The notes under the pieces were generated by a model that was not told where the DNA came from, searched no databases, and was given only the letters and a program-made list of their open reading frames with translations. DNA of 32,000 bases from Candidatus Woesearchaeota archaeon (GTDB taxonomy: Archaea > Nanobdellota > Nanobdellia > Woesearchaeales > GW2011-AR9): NCBI GenBank assembly GCA_016188115.1, contig JACPIK010000002.1, forward strand, positions 895,462 through 927,461. Direction: 5' to 3'. Shown here piece by piece: positions 1 to 8,562 of this stretch. The position numbers and the translations under genes were made by a program. Every line of letters begins with the position of its first letter. Positions within the stretch are counted from its first letter, which is position 1.

Positions 1-30
1 CAATTTTTTTCGTAAACAAAATAATCACCT

Positions 31-40
31 AAGAAAAAAG
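31..40 (-). terminator. Oligo-T run immediately 3' of the 5S rRNA
   Basis: The minus strand reads CTTTTTTCTT directly after the 5S 3' end. Oligo-T tracts are the usual archaeal termination signal. Confidence 0.4.
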
Positions 41-151
41 GAGGACAGCTTACCGGGGTTCCCACGTAATGCAGTACAACCCGATACGGATGCAGTCTTA
101 ACTTCGGAGATCGAAACGGGATCCGGTGGAACCCTGCTCCTCTGGCCGTCC
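41..151 (-). rRNA. rrf: 5S ribosomal RNA, stand-alone and not linked to 16S/23S in this window
   Basis: The minus strand reads GGACGGCCAGAGGAGCAGGGTTCCACCGGATCCCGTTTCGATCTCCGAAGTTAAGACTGC...GGTAAGCTGTCCTC. It has the conserved 5S core (CCACCnGAnCCC...CCGAAGTTAAG). The terminal helix I pairs GGACGGC with GCTGTCC. A TATA box lies about 23 nt upstream and an oligo-T run lies downstream. Length is about 111 nt and the ends are approximate. Confidence 0.8.
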
Positions 152-173
152 AAAATGCTAGACCAGCCACTTA

Positions 174-181
174 TTTATAAA
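174..181 (-). promoter_or_regulatory. TATA box (TTTATAAA) for the 5S rRNA
   Basis: The palindromic TTTATAAA lies 22-23 nt upstream of the inferred 5S 5' end at 151. Confidence 0.5.
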
Positions 182-200
182 GATTTCTGTAAAAAAGACC

Positions 201-557
201 CTAGAACCTAAATCTTCTTGCCCAATGCCCGATCAATGGCAGCTCTCTTTCTTTGCCGTTCAAGACGTTAATAATACCAATAATCAAGAAAATGAGAGGA
301 ACATAGCTCAGCAAACCAACGAGAAGCAAAATTAATGCGCCAATCCCAAAAATCCAACCAAAAACAAGACCTAATACGCCTAGCACAATTTGCAAGAGAA
401 TACCCCAGACAACCGCAGCAATCAAAAACACAACACCTTGATGCACATGGAATCGCACAAATTGGTCCTTCTTGGCCTCTTCATCGACAAAATACCAAAT
501 AATTCCAATCAAAACATATGATAATGCAGCAATAGGAGTACGGTGTTCATGTGCCAT
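201..557 (-). CDS. Small integral membrane protein (3-4 TM), DUF4870-like
   Basis: 118-aa ORF made almost entirely of hydrophobic helices. The RFHVHQG motif after TM1 resembles the DUF4870 small-membrane family. A TATA box (ATTAATAA, 580-587) sits 23 nt upstream of the ATG. Confidence 0.6.
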   Translation of the reverse strand: MAHEHRTPIAALSYVLIGIIWYFVDEEAKKDQFVRFHVHQGVVFLIAAVVWGILLQIVLGVLGLVFGWIFGIGALILLLVGLLSYVPLIFLIIGIINVLNGKERELPLIGHWARRFRF

Positions 558-579
558 AAAGAAGAAATAATTTTCACAC

Positions 580-587
580 TTATTAAT
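580..587 (-). promoter_or_regulatory. TATA box for the 201-557 gene
   Basis: The minus strand reads ATTAATAA, 23 nt upstream of the ATG at 557 (leaderless geometry). Confidence 0.4.
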
Positions 588-629
588 GTTACCTTCCCCA
601 TTCTGCTACTCCGCAGGTGCACCAAAGTA

Positions 630-637
630 TTTTAAAT
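630..637 (+). promoter_or_regulatory. TATA box for the 659-982 gene
   Basis: TTTTAAAT ends 21 nt before the in-frame ATG at 659. Confidence 0.4.
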
Positions 638-658
638 GAGAAAAAGATCAAATTAAGT

Positions 659-982
659 ATGAGAATTGCAGAATTCATTTTTGGTCTTAATAAGTCAGCA
701 GAAAAAAAGTACATCGATGCAGAAATAGGAATTGGTTACTGGCTAGATCAACACAAAGTTAAAGCTAAACCAAAAGCTTCAATAATGTCAGTTCTCAGAA
801 AAAATAAAGAGGAGTTTAGTGCAAAAAACCATGAAGAATTTGCAGAAAAATTAACACTAAAGCTCATGGAAGTCATCGCTGCACTTGAAGTACGAGGAGA
901 AGTAATAATACTAACAAATGGGAAAAATTCAAGGAAAATTAAAACAGAATTAGAAACAATTCTCTTAAGAGCTCTTGCCTAG
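659..982 (+). CDS. Hypothetical Lys/Glu-rich protein of 107 aa from ATG 659 (the ORF track starts it at GTG 617)
   Basis: Open frame 617-982. I prefer ATG 659 because a TATA-like TTTTAAAT sits at the leaderless spacing seen elsewhere in this window. I recognise no family. Confidence 0.4.
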   Translation: MRIAEFIFGLNKSAEKKYIDAEIGIGYWLDQHKVKAKPKASIMSVLRKNKEEFSAKNHEEFAEKLTLKLMEVIAALEVRGEVIILTNGKNSRKIKTELETILLRALA

Positions 983-1007
983 CCCCAAGATCTCTTCTTC
1001 CACAACC

Positions 1008-1015
1008 TTTTAAAA
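1008..1015 (+). promoter_or_regulatory. TATA box (TTTTAAAA) for the sugar-nucleotide operon
   Basis: It ends 22 nt before the GTG start at 1038. Confidence 0.4.
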
Positions 1016-1037
1016 CCATCTCTACCCAAAACAAACC

Positions 1038-1739
1038 GTGGTTGATACAGCTATTATTCTCGCAGGTGGTTTAGGAACTCGTCTACGCCCATTAACCGAC
1101 GCAACACCAAAACCGCTTCTTCCCATTTATGGCAAAGCCATTGTTGAACATATTGTCAATAATCTCAAAAAACACAGCGTCAACAATATCATTCTCTCCA
1201 TTGGATATAAAGCGGAGCAAATTCAAGAGCATTTCAAAGATGGAAAACACCTTGGAGTTAACATTTCATATTGCATTGAAGAAGAACCATTGGGAACAGG
1301 CGGTGCGATTCAAAAAGCAGCAGAACACATCACCAAACCATTCATTGTTCTTAATGGAGATAATCTCGGTGATTTCAACTACAAAGAAATGATCAACCTA
1401 CATAACAAAAACAACGCAAAAATTACCATCGCACTTTATCCAGTAGAAGACGTAACTCAATATGGTATTGCTAAATTAGAAGGCGAACGTCTTGTCCAAT
1501 TCATCGAAAAACCAAAACGCGAAGAAGCACCAACAAATCTCAACAACGCCGGCGCATATATCATCGAACCATCAGTTCTTTCTATTTTACCAAAAGGAAA
1601 ATCCTCTATCGAACGAGATTGCTTTGAAAAAGTTGCGCCCAGTGGAGAAGTTTATGCATTCCATCACCAAGGGCAATGGTATCCCACCGACACTTTAGAG
1701 AAATATACGAATGCAGCAAATAATTTCGTACCTAATTAG
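1038..1739 (+). CDS. Sugar-1-phosphate nucleotidyltransferase (mannose-1-P guanylyltransferase / glucose-1-P thymidylyl/uridylyltransferase family)
   Basis: The N-terminal AIILAGGLGTRLRPLTDATPKPLLP is the G-x-G-T-R-x-x-P-x-T-x-x-x-PK signature of NTP-transferases. The 233-aa length fits the catalytic-domain-only form. Confidence 0.85.
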   Translation: MVDTAIILAGGLGTRLRPLTDATPKPLLPIYGKAIVEHIVNNLKKHSVNNIILSIGYKAEQIQEHFKDGKHLGVNISYCIEEEPLGTGGAIQKAAEHITKPFIVLNGDNLGDFNYKEMINLHNKNNAKITIALYPVEDVTQYGIAKLEGERLVQFIEKPKREEAPTNLNNAGAYIIEPSVLSILPKGKSSIERDCFEKVAPSGEVYAFHHQGQWYPTDTLEKYTNAANNFVPN

Positions 1740-1756
1740 GAGAGAGTTCATTTTAC

Positions 1757-1942
1757 TTGAGTAGCATCACAAGGGCGAGGCTTAAGTAAGAAAATTAGAG
1801 AAGAGGTCAGGGGGTTGCAAGAAATACGAGGAACATCGTATTTCTGCACAGAAATGAAGTTGTTGCTTCATTTCTTGTGCCCCCTGCGGGGCGTGACCGT
1901 TGCTGCAAGAAAATAGCAAAAAGTCCGAGAGATGCTACTCAA
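1757..1942 (+). ncRNA. Unclassified highly structured RNA element, either an intercistronic leader or a small RNA; strand assigned only from operon context
   Basis: A 12-bp closing stem pairs TTGAGTAGCATC (1757-1768) with GATGCTACTCAA (1931-1942). An inner stem pairs CAGGGG (1808-1813) with CCCCTG (1881-1886). Two adjacent hairpins follow: 1820-1829/1836-1845 (10 bp) and 1846-1859/1866-1880 (14 bp with one bulge). The element fills an unusually long 236-nt gap in an otherwise tight operon. Confidence 0.35.
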
Positions 1943-1975
1943 CTGAATCAATACCACAAAAAAGAGTCAACAACC

Positions 1976-3349
1976 ATGATCCTCAAACCATCAATCTTTA
2001 AAGCCTACGATATTCGTGGTGAATGGAATAAAGAGTGGGATAGTGAAGGAGTATATCATCTTGCTCACGCCTTCGCCACACACTTCAAACCGAAAAATGT
2101 TGCTATCGGTTACGACATGCGTTTCTCCAGTCCAGAAATATTCAAGCAATTAACCAACGCATTTCGTGAACGTGGAATCAATGTAATTGATCTAGGACTC
2201 TGCGCAACAGAGTTAGTCTACTATGTGAGTTCATATGTGCCTAATGTTGATCTCGCATTAATGATCACAGCATCACATAATGAAGGAAAAGATAATGGCA
2301 TCAAAGTTGTTCTTCCCAACGCTGTATGTGTCGGTTTAAACAGCGGTCTTGATCGAGTACGTGATATTGCAGCATCGCAACCAATTATCTCTAATGAAAT
2401 TAAGCACGGCTCACTCACGAAATATGATGCATGGGAAGGCTATAAACGCCATGTTTTTTCTCTTGCTTCTAAAACCTCTTTCTCAAAAAGGTATAACCTT
2501 GTTATTGACGCAGGCAATGGAGTAGGATCAGTTTTAGTAGACAACACAATTTCCTCTTTAAATCTAAACATCATTCACCAATGTTGGACATTAGATGGAA
2601 GTTTTCCCAATCATCTCGCAGACCCCTCTCAAGAAAAAAACACGTTAGATTGTCAGCAAAGAGTTAAGGAACAAAAAGCAGATTTGGGAGTCTGTCTTGA
2701 TGGAGATAGCGACCGAGTCTTTTTTATCGATGAAAAAGGACGCTACATCCCAGGATATTATCTTGCCGCGCTGCTCACAAACCACATGCTTAAACAATCA
2801 CCAAACCCACATCAAGAACACATTGTCCATGATCCACGTTATTATAAAGCAACCAGAAAAGTTATTGCAGCACATCGCGCCACAGCCCATAAAGTAAAAG
2901 TGGGACATACTTTAATCAAAGATGCCATGCGCCGTGTTGAATCACTCTTTAGCGCCGAATGCAGCGGACATATTTTCTACAAACAAAACAACTACGCCGA
3001 AAGTACCATGCTCACAATCCTTCATGTTCTCAAAATAATTGAAGAATATGGAACACTAAGCAAAGCCGTCGATCCCTTCTTTACACAATATTTCATTAGT
3101 GGAGAAATTAATTTTATCGTTCAAAATCAACCAGAAATACTCAAAGCATTAGAGACAAAGTACCATGACGCGACTATTGATTACACTGATGGAGTTGATA
3201 TTGCCTATCAAGATTGGCGTTGCAGTGTACGAGGCTCAAACACCCAGCCATTATTACGTCTTAATATCGAGGCAACACAGAAAGATTTAGTTGATGCAAA
3301 ATTAGCAGAACTCAAAAATCTCATTGGAGGTACACTCGCAGATCATTAA
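1976..3349 (+). CDS. Phosphomannomutase/phosphoglucomutase (alpha-D-phosphohexomutase superfamily)
   Basis: Family-typical start MILKPSIFKAYDIRGEW. Active-site Ser loop TASHNEGKDNGIK. Mg-binding loop DGDSDR. Sugar-binding loop AECSGH. The track's start at 1877 adds 33 non-conserved residues that overlap the structured RNA. Confidence 0.9.
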   Translation: MILKPSIFKAYDIRGEWNKEWDSEGVYHLAHAFATHFKPKNVAIGYDMRFSSPEIFKQLTNAFRERGINVIDLGLCATELVYYVSSYVPNVDLALMITASHNEGKDNGIKVVLPNAVCVGLNSGLDRVRDIAASQPIISNEIKHGSLTKYDAWEGYKRHVFSLASKTSFSKRYNLVIDAGNGVGSVLVDNTISSLNLNIIHQCWTLDGSFPNHLADPSQEKNTLDCQQRVKEQKADLGVCLDGDSDRVFFIDEKGRYIPGYYLAALLTNHMLKQSPNPHQEHIVHDPRYYKATRKVIAAHRATAHKVKVGHTLIKDAMRRVESLFSAECSGHIFYKQNNYAESTMLTILHVLKIIEEYGTLSKAVDPFFTQYFISGEINFIVQNQPEILKALETKYHDATIDYTDGVDIAYQDWRCSVRGSNTQPLLRLNIEATQKDLVDAKLAELKNLIGGTLADH

Positions 3350-3351
3350 CC

Positions 3352-4122
3352 ATGGACTTCGAAACAAAATGCCTTCACGTAGCATTGGATGCTGCAAAAA
3401 AAGCAGAAAAAGTAGTTTTACAATATTATGAACACCCTACTCTTGCAATTGAAACAAAGCATGATAACACGCCAGTCACCATCGCCGATCGCGAGTCGGA
3501 AAGAATCATTAAAGAAACAATACACGCCGCATTTCCCGATCATGGCTTTCTTGGCGAAGAAGAGGGAGAGCATAATCAAGAAGCACAATACACTTGGATC
3601 ATCGATCCCATTGATGGAACGAAGAATTTCACTCGAGGGATTCCCATCTTTGGGATTCTTATAGCTCTCATGAAAGACGAAGAGATCATTCTAGGCGTCT
3701 CACTTGCTCCTGCATTACATGAATGTCTCTATGCGCAAAAAGGCAAAGGTGCATTTCTCAATGGTAAAAAAGTGCAGGTAAGTACTATTGCAAATCTAAC
3801 CAGTGCCACGTTATGTCATGGAGGAGCAAAACATTTTCTCAATACTGGCATTCTTGAAAATCTTAATAACATTATTGCGCACACCAATCGAGATCGTGCT
3901 TTTGGAGATATATACAATTATCATCTCCTTGCGCAAGGAAAAGTCGATATCGTTGTTGAACCAGAATTCAAGATTTGGGACGTGGCTCCATTCGTGTGCA
4001 TTATTCAAGAAGCAGGAGGAAAAGTAACAGATATTAAAGGGAATCCTATCACCAGAAAGACAACCTCTGCAATTGCAACCAACGCAGTATTACAAAACGA
4101 AGTTCAAAAATTTTTCCAATAA
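3352..4122 (+). CDS. Inositol monophosphatase family protein (archaeal IMPase/FBPase type)
   Basis: Motifs GEEEG, WIIDPIDGTKNF and WDVAP match the IMPase/FBPase metal-binding signatures. The ATG lies 2 nt after the upstream stop. Confidence 0.85.
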   Translation: MDFETKCLHVALDAAKKAEKVVLQYYEHPTLAIETKHDNTPVTIADRESERIIKETIHAAFPDHGFLGEEEGEHNQEAQYTWIIDPIDGTKNFTRGIPIFGILIALMKDEEIILGVSLAPALHECLYAQKGKGAFLNGKKVQVSTIANLTSATLCHGGAKHFLNTGILENLNNIIAHTNRDRAFGDIYNYHLLAQGKVDIVVEPEFKIWDVAPFVCIIQEAGGKVTDIKGNPITRKTTSAIATNAVLQNEVQKFFQ

Positions 4123-4141
4123 GAGAAAAAAGAAAATTATC

Positions 4142-4149
4142 TTTTATAA
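4142..4149 (+). promoter_or_regulatory. TATA box (TTTTATAA) upstream of the PGI/PMI gene
   Basis: It ends 21 nt before ATG 4171. Confidence 0.35.
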
Positions 4150-4170
4150 CCTCACAAAAAAATAGGGTTT

Positions 4171-5157
4171 ATGATGATCAACCAAAAATATTACAACGAT
4201 ATAAAGCAGTTCCATGAACAATTTAAGATAGGTATACAGTTAGCAACTCACGTCAAACTTGCTGGCAACTTTAACCGCATCGTTTTGTGTGGTATGGGTG
4301 GCAGCTCATTCTATGCAGAATTACTTAACGACTACCTCAACAGTGATCCAACCAATAAAGTAAAAATCGAACCATGGCGTTCATATGGACTCCCCGCCGG
4401 CGTTGATAACAACACATTATTCATAGTGTGTTCTCATTCCGGAAATACAGAAGAAACACTCTCTGCACTTAATCTCATCAAGCAACATCACTATCCCCAT
4501 CTCATTCTCACATCCGGAGGAAAACTCAGAGAACACGCACAAAAACACAACACCCCCTATATTATTTTTCCAACCGGAACACAACCACGCCTCTCAACGG
4601 GATATTTTATTGGCGCACTGATCAAAGTACTCGAAAATTGCAACATCATTTCCAACAAAGAACAGGAACTTCTCACTATCGCCAACGAACTTAACACTCA
4701 TCTTGATGAAGCTGCCGCACAACACCTCGCAAAAGAATTAATTGACCTTGTTCCCATCATCTACACAACAGAGAATAATACCTCTCTGGGTAGAGTTGCC
4801 AAAATAAAATTTAATGAAAATTCAAAAATCCAATCCTTTCACAACTATTTCCCCGAACTCAACCACAACGAAATGGTCGGTTTTACCAAATTACTCATGA
4901 AACCATACTTCATCATCTTCAAATCAAAATTCACCAATTCCCGTAATTATCAACGTATGGACATCTTCCTGAAATTAATGAAAGAAAAAAATCTCACTGG
5001 AAAAATCATCCCCATGCAAGGCAACAGCACCTTCGCTGAAATCATCAACGCCTACTACTTCATCGACTACGTCACATATTATCTCGCCCAAGAATATGGG
5101 ATTAATCCAGAACCGGTGGAAATGGTTGAAGACTTCAAGAAAATGTTAGAGATGTAA
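4171..5157 (+). CDS. Bifunctional phosphoglucose/phosphomannose isomerase (SIS domain)
   Basis: SIS motifs CGMGGSS and CSHSGNTEET. Length (328 aa) and C-terminal region are typical of archaeal PGI/PMI. Confidence 0.8.
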   Translation: MMINQKYYNDIKQFHEQFKIGIQLATHVKLAGNFNRIVLCGMGGSSFYAELLNDYLNSDPTNKVKIEPWRSYGLPAGVDNNTLFIVCSHSGNTEETLSALNLIKQHHYPHLILTSGGKLREHAQKHNTPYIIFPTGTQPRLSTGYFIGALIKVLENCNIISNKEQELLTIANELNTHLDEAAAQHLAKELIDLVPIIYTTENNTSLGRVAKIKFNENSKIQSFHNYFPELNHNEMVGFTKLLMKPYFIIFKSKFTNSRNYQRMDIFLKLMKEKNLTGKIIPMQGNSTFAEIINAYYFIDYVTYYLAQEYGINPEPVEMVEDFKKMLEM

Positions 5158-5288
5158 TTCTTGAATGATTAAAAGGGTATGTACAAACTGTACCCATCCT
5201 TCAGCTAAATACTCATGCTTAAACTAAACAAACCGATCATACGTCTGCTAGAAAAAATAAAATTATAACTTATCCCCACCCAATAATC

Positions 5289-5295
5289 TTTTAAA
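5289..5295 (+). promoter_or_regulatory. TATA-like box (TTTTAAA) for map
   Basis: It ends 22 nt before ATG 5318. Confidence 0.35.
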
Positions 5296-5317
5296 CCACC
5301 CTACTCTCATCAACGCC

Positions 5318-6229
5318 ATGGACGATCAAACCATCCAAAAGATACTCAAAGCCGGCAAAGTTGCTGCCCAAGTCCGCAGAGAAGGTGCACTCAAACTCCA
5401 AAAACCAGGCACTTCCTACCTAGAAGTCATGGATTACTGTGAAAAACGTATTGAAGAATTAGGCGCCGGAATCGCTTGGGCGCAAATGGCAGTCAACGAC
5501 ACTGCAGCTCATTTCTGCCCTCTTGAAGATGATACATCTGTTTCACAAGAAGGCCAACTCATTAAAGTAGATATCGGCACGCACGTTGATGGCTACATTG
5601 CTGACAACGCCATGACAATTGAAGTAGGTAAAAGCAAAGAACATACAGATCTCATTAAAGCAGCGCAAAATGCTCTCAGATCAGCCGTCAAACTCGTAGA
5701 ACCAGGAAGAACATTAGGTGAGCTTGGTGAAGCGCAAATGTCTGAAGCGCAAGCATTGGGTTTCACTACCGTACGCAATTTGTGTGGCCATACTTTGAAT
5801 CAATATCAAGTTCATGGTGGTGTTTCTATTCCCAGTTTTAATAACAAAGAAAAAACAGTATTACAAGAAGGGTGGCAAATTGCCATTGAACCATTCGTCA
5901 CCCCAGGTGATGGCTTAATCAAAGAAAAAGGTCAAGCGACAATTTTCATGATGAAAAAAAATGCCGCTGCTCGTTCTCCCAATGCCCGAAAAATTATTGA
6001 CGACATGAAAGATCGCAACAGTTTACCATTCACCACACGCTGGATCAGTCGTAAATATGGCAAAGGTGCAGCCGCTTTTGGTATTCGTGATTTATTGCAA
6101 ACAAAAACCATCACTGCCTATCCCCCTTTAGCGGAAATTTCGGGAGGCATGGTCAGCCAGTTTGAACATTCCATGATTGTTGGCAAGAAAACGACCGTGT
6201 ATACTCGACACGAAGAAGATGAATGGTAA
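5318..6229 (+). CDS. map: Methionine aminopeptidase, type 2 (archaeal/eukaryotic type)
   Basis: It reads as collinear with the archaeal MetAP-2 sequence as I recall it. Landmarks: KAGKVAAQVR, IKVDIGTHVDGYIADNA, GHTLNQYQVHGG, IAIEPF and QFEHSMIV, which include the metal ligands. Confidence 0.9.
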   Translation: MDDQTIQKILKAGKVAAQVRREGALKLQKPGTSYLEVMDYCEKRIEELGAGIAWAQMAVNDTAAHFCPLEDDTSVSQEGQLIKVDIGTHVDGYIADNAMTIEVGKSKEHTDLIKAAQNALRSAVKLVEPGRTLGELGEAQMSEAQALGFTTVRNLCGHTLNQYQVHGGVSIPSFNNKEKTVLQEGWQIAIEPFVTPGDGLIKEKGQATIFMMKKNAAARSPNARKIIDDMKDRNSLPFTTRWISRKYGKGAAAFGIRDLLQTKTITAYPPLAEISGGMVSQFEHSMIVGKKTTVYTRHEEDEW

Positions 6230-6277
6230 AAAATATCCAGAAATCTTCTTAAACTACCCATATTCTCAAGACCCTAC

Positions 6278-8527
6278 ATGCATACCTCTCCAATTCAGAC
6301 CTCACAAACCAACCCTATCCCAAAACTTCTCTCACCCGTAGGCGGCTGGGACACATTAATCGCTGCTGTACAAAATGGTGCTGACGCTGTCTATCTAGGA
6401 ACTAAACTCTTCAACGCGCGACGTCTCGCAGGAAATTTTGGTAAAGAAGAACTCATCAAAGCAATTCAATACGCCCACATTCATCATGTCGAAGTCTATA
6501 TCACACTTAATACCCTCATCAAAAATAATGAGATAACTCCCTTTCTCAATCAACTAAGCACGATCTACCAAGCTGGCGCAGATGCCGTTATTTTGCAAGA
6601 TCTTACATTTGCCCCCATCATCAAAAAACACTTTCCACAACTCAAAGTTCATGCCTCAACACAAGCCACGATCATGAACACACCTTCCGTCCAATTCTGG
6701 GAACCATATACAGATGTGGTCGTATTAGCGCGAGAACTCACCAAAGAACAAATCAAAAACATCCATGACCACACCACAGTTCCACTTGAAACATTTGTGC
6801 ATGGACATCTTTGTAGCTCTTATTCCGGTCAATGCCTCATCTCATCTTTAATCGGCAAACGCTCTGGTAACCGAGGACTCTGCGCCAGTGCCTGTCGCAA
6901 ACCCTACAACGGGAATAATTATCTTATCTCAGCAAAAGATCTCTGTCTCATCAAATCTGTCAAAGATCTTGCTAATAGTGGTATCCACACCCTCAAGATT
7001 GAAGGACGCATGAAACCGGCAGAATACGTTGCTACAACCACACGATATTATCGCAAGCAACTCGATGCCCTCAAAAAGAAAACACTTGAACCCATCACAG
7101 AGAAAACCATCACCGATCTTAAATTAACATTTAACCGTGAATTTACCACAGGATACTTCAATAACGAAAAAAGCATCATTGATCCCCTTATTCCTACAAA
7201 AAGAGGGATTTATATCGGAACCATCATCAATAACAATCTACGATTACTAGAAGATATAAAAGTTCATGATGGCATCGCGTTCGTCAAAGATGGGGAAAAC
7301 AGTGGTGATTTTGTCAGAGAGATATATCGGGGATCAACACAAATAGCTAACGCGCAAAAGGGAGATGTTATTCGTCTTAATTTACTTGGTTTTATCAACG
7401 GCGCGAAAGTATTCCTCACATTCAAACACGAAGGCGAAGATCTGCGTGGACCAGTTCATAAAATTCCGTTCTCTATTTCAATGAAAATCAAACAAGACCA
7501 AGAACCAGAAATAACTATTAAAATTCAAAATAAAATAATTCACCCTCAACAAACGATCAAAGCGACTAAAGCACTTAAACATCCCCTTACCAAAGAAGAA
7601 TTAGAAACAGAGATGCGCAAATACGAAAGCAGTATTTTTGAATTAGAACACATCGATGTCACAACTGATACCTCATTTATCCCTAAAAGTATTCTGACCA
7701 ACTTGCGCAAGCAACTTGATGAACATATGCTTACTCAACTCGCGCCACCCCAACGCCCCCTTATCAAAGTTGAACCACTCGTATTCCCAAAAAACGCATC
7801 AACAACCAAAGTACTCCATGTGCGAGTCTATAATTGTAGCGACGTCGAACAAGCTCTGCGAGCCGGAGCAGAATATATTTATTACGACGTGTATGCCCCA
7901 GATGCAGCTAAAGCATCAGCACTCTGCAAAGGAAAAGCACAATTCTATCTTGTCACACCAATGGTCGCAACCAATGAAGATGTAGAAGAGATCCAGAAAC
8001 GTCTCGCGACACTCAAGTACGACGGCCTTTTGGTCAATAACTATGCCTTCCTCAATTCTGCCTTCAAAGGCAAAAAAATCTTAGGATACCAAATGAACAT
8101 CTTTAATGATAATCAACTTTCATTCTATAACATACCTGCCATTGCCTCCATCGAATTAAATAAAGATGAACTCGCCGCTTTCTCACAAAAAGATAAACTC
8201 CTCTACTTCACCCACGGCTTTCCTGTTGTCATGACCTTTCGTGAAGAAATGTCAGAACGTAAACTCACCGATCACAAAAATTATTCATTTGCCTTACGCC
8301 ACACTGGCTCTCATGCCACCGAAATGTTATATTCTAAAGAAATTGGCATCTTGCAATACACCCCAGAGATTCTCAACGCAGGCATCACCCAACTCTTCCT
8401 CGATCTCAACCATGACGTCTTCGAAATTACCTCCATCTACAAACAATTTTTAGACGGCAAGAGACCCAAGACAGACAAATTTAAAGGCCCGACAACTGTG
8501 GGAAATTTATTGAAAGGAGTAATGTAG
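6278..8527 (+). CDS. Peptidase U32 family protein, long 749-aa form
   Basis: N-terminal LLSPVGGWDTLIAAVQNGADAVYLG is typical of the family. The U32 signature E-x-F-x-H-G-x-L-C-x4-G-x-C is present as ETFVHGHLCSSYSGQCLISS. Confidence 0.85.
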   Translation: MHTSPIQTSQTNPIPKLLSPVGGWDTLIAAVQNGADAVYLGTKLFNARRLAGNFGKEELIKAIQYAHIHHVEVYITLNTLIKNNEITPFLNQLSTIYQAGADAVILQDLTFAPIIKKHFPQLKVHASTQATIMNTPSVQFWEPYTDVVVLARELTKEQIKNIHDHTTVPLETFVHGHLCSSYSGQCLISSLIGKRSGNRGLCASACRKPYNGNNYLISAKDLCLIKSVKDLANSGIHTLKIEGRMKPAEYVATTTRYYRKQLDALKKKTLEPITEKTITDLKLTFNREFTTGYFNNEKSIIDPLIPTKRGIYIGTIINNNLRLLEDIKVHDGIAFVKDGENSGDFVREIYRGSTQIANAQKGDVIRLNLLGFINGAKVFLTFKHEGEDLRGPVHKIPFSISMKIKQDQEPEITIKIQNKIIHPQQTIKATKALKHPLTKEELETEMRKYESSIFELEHIDVTTDTSFIPKSILTNLRKQLDEHMLTQLAPPQRPLIKVEPLVFPKNASTTKVLHVRVYNCSDVEQALRAGAEYIYYDVYAPDAAKASALCKGKAQFYLVTPMVATNEDVEEIQKRLATLKYDGLLVNNYAFLNSAFKGKKILGYQMNIFNDNQLSFYNIPAIASIELNKDELAAFSQKDKLLYFTHGFPVVMTFREEMSERKLTDHKNYSFALRHTGSHATEMLYSKEIGILQYTPEILNAGITQLFLDLNHDVFEITSIYKQFLDGKRPKTDKFKGPTTVGNLLKGVM

Positions 8528-8562
8528 AACCTGTTTATTGCGTAATTACACCATTCATAAAA

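Noticed and set aside
1773-1930. RNase P RNA-like words inside the structured element: GGCTTAAG, ACAGAAA and AAAGTCCG, with a bulged-U P4-like pairing.
   Set aside because: The words occur in the wrong 5'-to-3' order for RNase P (the CR-V-like word comes before the CR-I-like word). The pairing is a simple nested helix rather than a long-range P4. The element is far too small and lacks the other conserved regions. The SRP RNA helix-8 motifs are also absent.
1877-1975. The 33-codon N-terminal extension of the phosphohexomutase ORF in the track (MPPAGRDRCCKK...).
   Set aside because: The family-typical N-terminus MILKPSIFKAYDIRG begins at ATG 1976. The extension is non-conserved and overlaps the base-paired RNA element. 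It is in frame only by chance.
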